Assembly: GCA_964016885.1 (NCBI GenBank) | Contig: OZ024740.1 | Coordinates: 196,974,001-197,038,000 of the forward strand | Length of the DNA: 64,000 bases | From: Eledone cirrhosa | Lineage: Eukaryota | Reading direction: 5' to 3' | Part shown: positions 56,694-64,000 of the stretch, in pieces | Layout of the letters: every line of letters begins with the position of its first letter | Numbering within the stretch: the first letter of the stretch is position 1 | The notes under the pieces: generated by a model | Seen by the model: only the letters and a program-made list of their open reading frames with translations | What the model was told of the DNA's origin: nothing | The model's database searches: none | Made by a program: the position numbers and the translations under genes

Positions 56694-58356
56694 ATCTCAG
56701 AAGAATGAAAAACAAAGTTGACCTTGACAGGATTTGAACTTGAACGTAAAGCTTGTAGCTAATCACCACAGGCATTTTATTGTCTCTGACAACAGTCAGA
56801 AGCTAGAAAAAGCTGTTGAATATGTTTAACTAGAATATGTGACCTAAAAACTTATTTTCAATAAATTTATTTTTAATTGTAAAGTATACACTTTACCTAC
56901 CAGTGGGTTTGTGTGACATGAACACATACTCTTCTTTTTTCTCTTTTCCAATCAATCTATATATAATTGTATATATGCATTACACATACAAAAATAATTG
57001 GTTTATTGATCTTATCTGTTCCATATTCATTGGAATTACTAGAAATAACGCACAAATTTTCCTCATATCATATCTTACTATTTTTAATAAAAAAGGATAC
57101 ATTCTTTGGGTAATAACCGAAAGAATATGATTCTGGATACAAGTGGTCAAAATGGGGTTCCTCCAAAGGGTCTTTGAAGTAACATTACTTGATACATTCC
57201 CAGATAAAATGTCTAAAAATAAGAAATCATGGCTCAAACGCTTTTGATCTGAGTAATTTCCTTCAATAATTTATTTTTGATCATAGCTCTGCTCAGCCAG
57301 AGCACATCCATGGCTAAACAACAAAAGCACCCAAGGCTAAGAATAATTGCACTCAGGGTTAAACAACAACTGCACCCAGGGCTAAAAAACAGTAACAACT
57401 ATCTATCCTATTACTTAGTTGGTCAAGCTTTTAATTAATAACAAGTTTTAATGGGGTGAATCATTGATTAACTTTGGTTTCTGAAGTATTAAGTGTATAA
57501 AATGCATATATTCCTATGCAAGATACTAATGTATAGTATGCAGACATTCCTTGAAAAATCAGCTGTCCATTTCATTCTAGGTGAATTAAGGCAATGCAGA
57601 ATGAAGTGTTTTAATCTGCTGCCCAGAAACACAACAAAGTAAATTTGAATCCCCAATTTATCAGCTAATCTTCCAATCTCTTAGGCTTCCTTCAGTCATG
57701 GCTGACCATGGGCTGGCAGTCTACACCTGGAAAGTTCCTCTCCAAGGTACAGGCCTAGAAAAATGTTTTTCCATTTCTTTTTGTATAGAAGGCTGACAGC
57801 ACTCATGCATGCAAGTCTACCTTGTCCTCCTCCATTTCATTCTATGAGAAGCATCTCATTCTTGTTAATTCCAAAGTTATAAAAAAAAATAGTAATAAAA
57901 TAAAACTATTGTAAATAAATGAAAAATAAAACTTTCCTGGTTTCAAACACACACATACCCCCCCCCCCTACATACACACACACTTAAAATCATCAACACC
58001 ATGTTAAGTCTGTTTCCATGTTGCTGTAGGTCATCATAAACTGAAGCAGTTCTTATTTGGAGTTACTGTCCTTTATGTCTCACTAATACACACTCCATTT
58101 TTGGCATGATTTCTATGGCTGAATGCCCTTCCTAACATCAGCCAGCTTACAGAATGTACTGGGTGCATTTTATCGTGGTACCAGCACTAAAGAGGCTTTC
58201 CTATTTTCAGCAGATTTATATGGTCCCCTTGACTTATCATTGTCTCTATACATTTGCTGACTAATTTACAGAGTGTATTGAGTGCATTTTATTGTGGCAC
58301 AAATACTAGAGATTGCAAGACTATATAGGCAGTCTATGGAAAATATTTTGTTCTAA

Positions 58357-58574
58357 CCCTTTAGCATTTAAACTGACTGTATCTGGCCATAATTCTCTCA
58401 CCTCCTGTTCAAACTGGTTGTAACCTGCTGCTCATACTTATGTTAAGGTATTGTTCTCAAAATAAATAATATCAAAATCTCATAGATTCAATATTATGTG
58501 AGATAAATATATGAGGTAAAGTCTTTACAGTAAAAATATAATAGTAAATATAGAGTAATGTAAATGTTAAAGAG
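58357..58574. mobile_element. piggyBac-like MITE, second copy in opposite orientation
   Basis: CCCTTTAGCATTTA start; internal sequence is the inverse homolog of 54211-54409. Confidence 0.65.
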
Positions 58575-58721
58575 TTGAAAATACTAAAATCAAAAAACGA
58601 AACAGAAAAAAACAATAAAATAAAATAAAACTTGAAGTTTCCATCTTGGTTTCAAATACAAACATATTAAGAAACACTCAATCCTTCTTCTTTTGAACTA
58701 CAGCCCTCAATCCATGTTTAC

Positions 58722-58790
58722 CTGGCAGACATTCAAGATGAACATCAACTGCATTCAGCATTTTCTTCTTTCCCTGCCTCACTCTTTGGT
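58722..58790 (-). CDS. Candidate 69-nt internal exon (QRVRQGKKKMLNAVDVHLECLP)
   Basis: Pyrimidine tract plus ttag acceptor, CAG|gtaaac donor, length divisible by 3, open in phase 1; protein not recognised. Confidence 0.35.
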
Positions 58791-59893
58791 CTAAGAATAA
58801 AGAAAAATAATTAATTAAAATATATATGAAATTATATAAACACCGAAGTAAAATAAATGAACAATTCTTTTTTTTCTGAATGAATTTCTAAGTTATAGAT
58901 TTCCATGAATTAACAACATTTTTGTTGTCATGGGTTTGTTATTCCTTTTTTAAAAATATTTTTCAGTAAACATGGGCCGAGAACGTTTTTTTTTCTTTCA
59001 CTATATCTTCAGTATACATCTGTATTAGGTTATTTATTATTGACTATTATACATAGCTAGAAAAAGAAACTCCACCTAGTTTTGAAATATAACCAACCAA
59101 CAGTTTTGTTTGCTTGAAAACTAATACAATCTTCTTTCCTTTCTCTTTATCTTCACTTCTATTTCTTTCTTTTACTAAATATTCTCCTCTCACCACCACC
59201 ACCACAGTTAACATAAATAGATGTTATCTACACATTTGCACACACAAACATCAAAATCTGCAACAGCTGCACTTTTAACCAAACAAAACCGGTTATTCAA
59301 CAATAATTAGTTTAAACGATAATAATTATATTTTTTATGGAAGCCACAAGGCTTTAAAATGAATGTGGTGGTAATGAGAATAGGACAAGAAATGAGATTT
59401 TGTGATATTCATGCTTTTTTGCCAAAAATGTTATCATTATGTATTATTAGCAATGCTAATGTGAAGGGAGAATAATGGATGTAAACTGGGAATTGAAAAG
59501 CTAGGTTTCTATATTTTGCTTTGCATGAGTTTATCTCTATACTGAGATAAACTAAAACGTTTGCCAAAAAATCTGGTACACTTGGCACCTTCTTTCACCT
59601 GACACATTTCTCTTCCATATTTTATTTCACTTTACCAATTTCTACTTTTTATTATTGTTCTTTTCCTGGTTTCAGTCAATTAGTTGTGGTTATGTTGGGG
59701 CACTACTATCAAGGGGTTTTATCAGTTGTACTCCAGTTATACATACAAATATGAGGTATCAAAACATATCAAATATGTTTGATTTTTGTGCTTCTCAATA
59801 AAAAAGCTCAATAGACATAGTCTGTATTTTTCTATGAAATATGTGCTTTGTATATATACAATATACTGTGTATTCTCTTGGATATATGGTCCC

Positions 59894-59953
<60 letters not shown>

Positions 59954-60242
59954 TAATTTTGAATTCATTATCATCATCGTTTAACATCCATTTTCCATGC
60001 TAGCAGGGGTTAGACGGGTTGTCCAATTTGAGTTAATTTGGGTCAGGTGACTATTACTCATATAGGACTGTTTCTGGCTAGGTTTCTACAACTGGATGCT
60101 CTTCCTAATGCTAACCACGTTTACAGTGTATGCTGGATGCTTTTTGCCGTGGCTCCTACATGACCACTACATGTAGGATCCCAATGTAAATCAGGAGGCA
60201 ACCACTATCAAAAAGGTACTCTATGTTAGAAGAGTATAAGTA

Positions 60243-60355
60243 TACTCATTTTATTATTGAAATGACTTCTACAGAACTAGCACTGTTTCCTGGTGATTTC
60301 TTATGAACGAAACAGTTCTAGTCCTGTAGAAGTCATTTCTATAATAAAATGAATA
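60243..60355. mobile_element. Decayed family D fold-back with degenerate HHR (CUGGUGA)
   Basis: ttc-CTGGTGA-tttcttatgaac-GAAA-cagttctagtcctg-ta-gaa, preceded by an inverted arm. Confidence 0.65.
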
Positions 60356-61834
60356 CATACATACAGAGAATGATAGGTAGATGCTGGCCTTTCATCCAGT
60401 CTCTGTCTACCAAATTTCAGTTATAAAATATTGTTCAGCTGAATGCTATGATAGACGACACTTACCCAATGTACCATACAGTAGGATCGAAGCTGTAAAC
60501 ATATATCATTTTTAATTTTCTTTAATATTCTTCGGAAATAAGCTGCTGTTTGTTGTTAAAACAAAAAACCAGAAATGGTAATCTCTTCAATTACACTTGT
60601 TGCTATAAATCAATGCTCCAGTATGACCTTAGATATGATGACTAAAACAAACTAAAGAACAAAGTATGTGTCATCATCATAATCAGTTTTTCATCAGCTC
60701 TAGTGCTGATATGGGTTGAAATTTTGAAGTATTGCTTTATACATGTGAATGTCCTTTGTGGTGCTAGACTTTAAAAGCATACGTACTGATGTCAATATAA
60801 TTGACTAAATAAAGGTTATGTCCCCGGTAAAAAAATTAAAGAATATATATACTCTTTGTATATCTATTATATATACTCTTCATATCGACAGTCGATCGAC
60901 TTTCAGCAAATCGGACCAAGGAAACAATGTTTCCGTTGGTCTTTCCAATTGCTAATACTATCTATTGGTTGCAACTCCAGGTAGAAGGAGCAACGTGAAG
61001 TAAAGTGTCTTGCTCAAGGACATAACGCATCGCCCGGTCCAGGAATCAAAATCACAACCTCACGATTGCGAATCCAATTCTCTAACCACTCAGCCTTTAT
61101 ATATCTATTATATATTAATCATTATTTTTGTTTAACCTCAGATTAGCAATGATCCAGCAAACATGATTTATGTTCCACTGTGACCATTCTATTGTTTGTT
61201 TGTTTTTTTTCAGACACAGTGTATCTAGGACTACATTGTCCAATGTGTCCTTTTTTAAAGGTGGGGTTGTGTACTTTAAAAGAGAGATTTGGTTTCTATT
61301 TCTAGCAGAGCGAGCAACCACATGGAAGTGCCTTCATTGACCCTATATTACATGAAGATGAAGATTTTACTGGTGTCTCATAGCAGGATGGGCCACTGCC
61401 AAGCACCTTGATCTACTATAAATAGTACTCAAATCTCTTTCAAGTCACACTCCACTACTACTCCGACTACTACTATTTTTTAGTACATTGGATAATGTGA
61501 TCTTAAATACAATGTCTGAATAGAAAAGAGAACACTTTTGATCATAGTTCTGTTGGACCATGTCTAAATTAGAGGTTAAACCCAATAACCACCATGCTGC
61601 TTTGATAATCAATATGTGTATTTTATTATGCACCATATAACTAGAGTAGTCAACAGTATTTTCATGGCCTAAATAGTGTGTATTGTTTTTATGTAGTGGT
61701 ATATACGTAATATTTTTGGTGGTTTTAAAGACAGGAGTGTTTTGTTTTTAAGGATTTTGATATTTATCACATTTTGAAGTAACACATGGTTTATAGTGTT
61801 GTTAGGCTTGTAATAATACATGGTTTATAGTGTG

Positions 61835-62175
61835 AAGGTACATGGCTTAGTGGCTAGAGCATTGGACTTTCATTCGGGAGGTTGTAATTTGATTCCTGGA
61901 CTGGGCTGTGTGTTGTATCTTTGAGCAAGACATATTATTTCACGTTGCACCAGTTCACTCAGCTGTAGAAATAAGTTGCGACATCACTGGTGCCAAGCTG
62001 TATCACCCTGTTCCTTTTTCTTGGATAACATTGGTGGTATGAGAGGGATGACTGGTATGTGTAGGCAAATGTTGGTCTTCCATAAAAGTACCTTGCTTAG
62101 GCTTGTGCCTCTGCCTCAGAGGGGAACTTTCTAGGTGCAAATCCCATGGTCATTCATGACCAAAGGGAGTCTTCA
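61835..62175 (+). mobile_element. tRNA-derived CORE-like SINE
   Basis: catggcttagtggctagagc, tttgattcc, tttgagcaagaca; a minus-strand relative lies at 60960-61095. Confidence 0.7.
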
Positions 62176-64000
62176 CATTTTTTTTATAGTTCTGTTATAT
62201 GCTTGCTTTTTTAATGTTACTGTGGGTATTTTAGGTGTACAGGTAGTCAGTTGGCAGTCATTAGAGTGCCTGCTGTATTTTTCTGGTTCTCTCTGCTCTG
62301 GAGTCAAATCCTACAAAGATCAAATCTCATCCTTCTGGGATTGATAAACAAAGTACCAGTCTAGGGTGGTGCATTGACAGAATTGTCAGCGTCAAGTGGG
62401 ATCACTTGCAATTTTTTTTGTTTTTTTTTTTCAGCCCTTTGCATTCTGAGTATGCTTACAATGGTACAGGCACCAAGCTATATTGGTCATTGTCTTGCCT
62501 TTTCCCTAGATAACAATCAGTGACATGGGCAACTTCTGGTTTTCCACAAAACCAAAATATTTTTAGAACCTGCACCACGCCGAGGAACTTTCCTAGTTCA
62601 GATCCTTGGCCTAAAGTGATATATGAATGCCCTCTGTTTATTAGCTTTTAAATGTAACAAAAAGAAAAACAAAAATGGAGAGATTCTTTGTTAACATGTT
62701 TTTTCATCATTAGACAGGCTCTGAAAAGTGTTCAAATTTCAGACAAAAAAATTTATTATTAAATGGCTAAAGGGCAGTGGATTCTCAGAATCGGTAGATC
62801 GCCTGACACACTGCTTCGCATCATAGTGTTACGGCCCTTTATATTCTGAATTCAAATCCCATCAAAGTTAGCTTTACCTTTCATCCTTATGGGGTGTCGA
62901 TAAAATAAAGCTCCAGTAATGCACTGGGCTCGTTTTATTCGACTTTCCCCTCTCCTAAAAGAGCTGGCTTTTTGCCTATAGTATAAATCATCATTAAATG
63001 GCTAAGTATCTAAAATGAGTTGTAGTTAATTAGGATTATAATTTTTTAGTCTATTAATTGACCTCATCTTTAGATTTGAAATATTTATTAGAATATTTTT
63101 TCATAATTGCATCTACACATCAGATGTCATATTTTTAGATATGCATGTAGATAGTACCAGACTGGATTTGTCAGTGGGCTAATGGATAAGAGTATACTAT
63201 TCTTAGTTTAGAAATATAGGTTATTAGTTCAATTTGAGATTGGTACTATGTAATTATCTCATAAAAATACACCTGATTATGATTGGAAATCAAACTGATT
63301 AAAACATAGTCTCATAAAAGTATTATTCATCTCTAAAGATGAGGTTAATAGTCTAAACAATTATAATCTTGTTGTATAGCAAAAAGCTTAGCACACCTAC
63401 CTCAGGAGCCGTTTCCTGTTGTTGGTCTTGTCCAGATGGGATATATCCTTGAGTGCCCTACCTACCTAATATCTGGCCAGAACCTATCAACATATCTCAA
63501 GCTCACGTGGCAAAACAGGTCCGTTTGACATGACAGTCCGGAAAAAAGAGAGGCACACCACACTGGTCCTACTTCCATTTATGTGATGTCACTTGCTCTT
63601 ATGCTTCTGGCCAGGCCCTCCTGTCCCATAATGTCACTGACCCTTATACTTCCTGAAAGGTCGCCGGCCCCACAAATCTAAAAATTCATATTTTTAATAG
63701 AACAATTCTTTTTCCCCCATGAAAGATCTCTTCATAAAAATGGTGATTAAAGGTAGATTTATCTTTAGCCTCTGACGTGGAACAGTATTGTTTCTGTGTA
63801 CAGTGTTGACTTACTTTTACCACAATTATTATACTGTTTATAGATTTGATTAATCCTACTTAAAGTATGTCAAACAACACAAATAAAGATCATATTGTTT
63901 TTTTCCTTTTGTATTCATTGCCATCACTGCCAGGTGTCATGGTGTACTGGAGCTTATCACACTTTTCAAAATGGTTCAGTAATAGTGTGTGTGTGTGTAT

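Overview
Very AT-rich eukaryotic (metazoan) genomic DNA. The repeat repertoire (CORE-like and Meta-like tRNA SINEs, RTE and CR1/L2-group LINEs, huge (TA)n tracts) suggests a cephalopod such as Octopus, but this is inference. No host protein-coding gene can be assigned with confidence, and the long IY/YI ORFs are microsatellite artefacts. Bases 1-36 kb are a (TA)n-dominated zone containing two CR1/L2-group LINEs, several RTE fragments and many short non-coding elements with type I hammerhead ribozyme (HHR) motifs. I count at least seven distinct HHR sequence families. They include a 4x310-bp tandem array with one intact HHR per unit and an inverted head copy (1148-2690), and a ~424-444-bp monomer family at three loci. 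This fits retrozymes or non-autonomous Penelope-like elements that favour (TA)n. Five families share an atypical U-U pair at the base of stem II, and one has a ~115-nt stem II. The rest of the window holds a decayed hAT (Buster/Charlie-type) transposon with TIRs and an 8-bp TSD, piggyBac-like MITEs, many SINEs and two candidate minus-strand exons. All RNA folds were read by eye and not computed.
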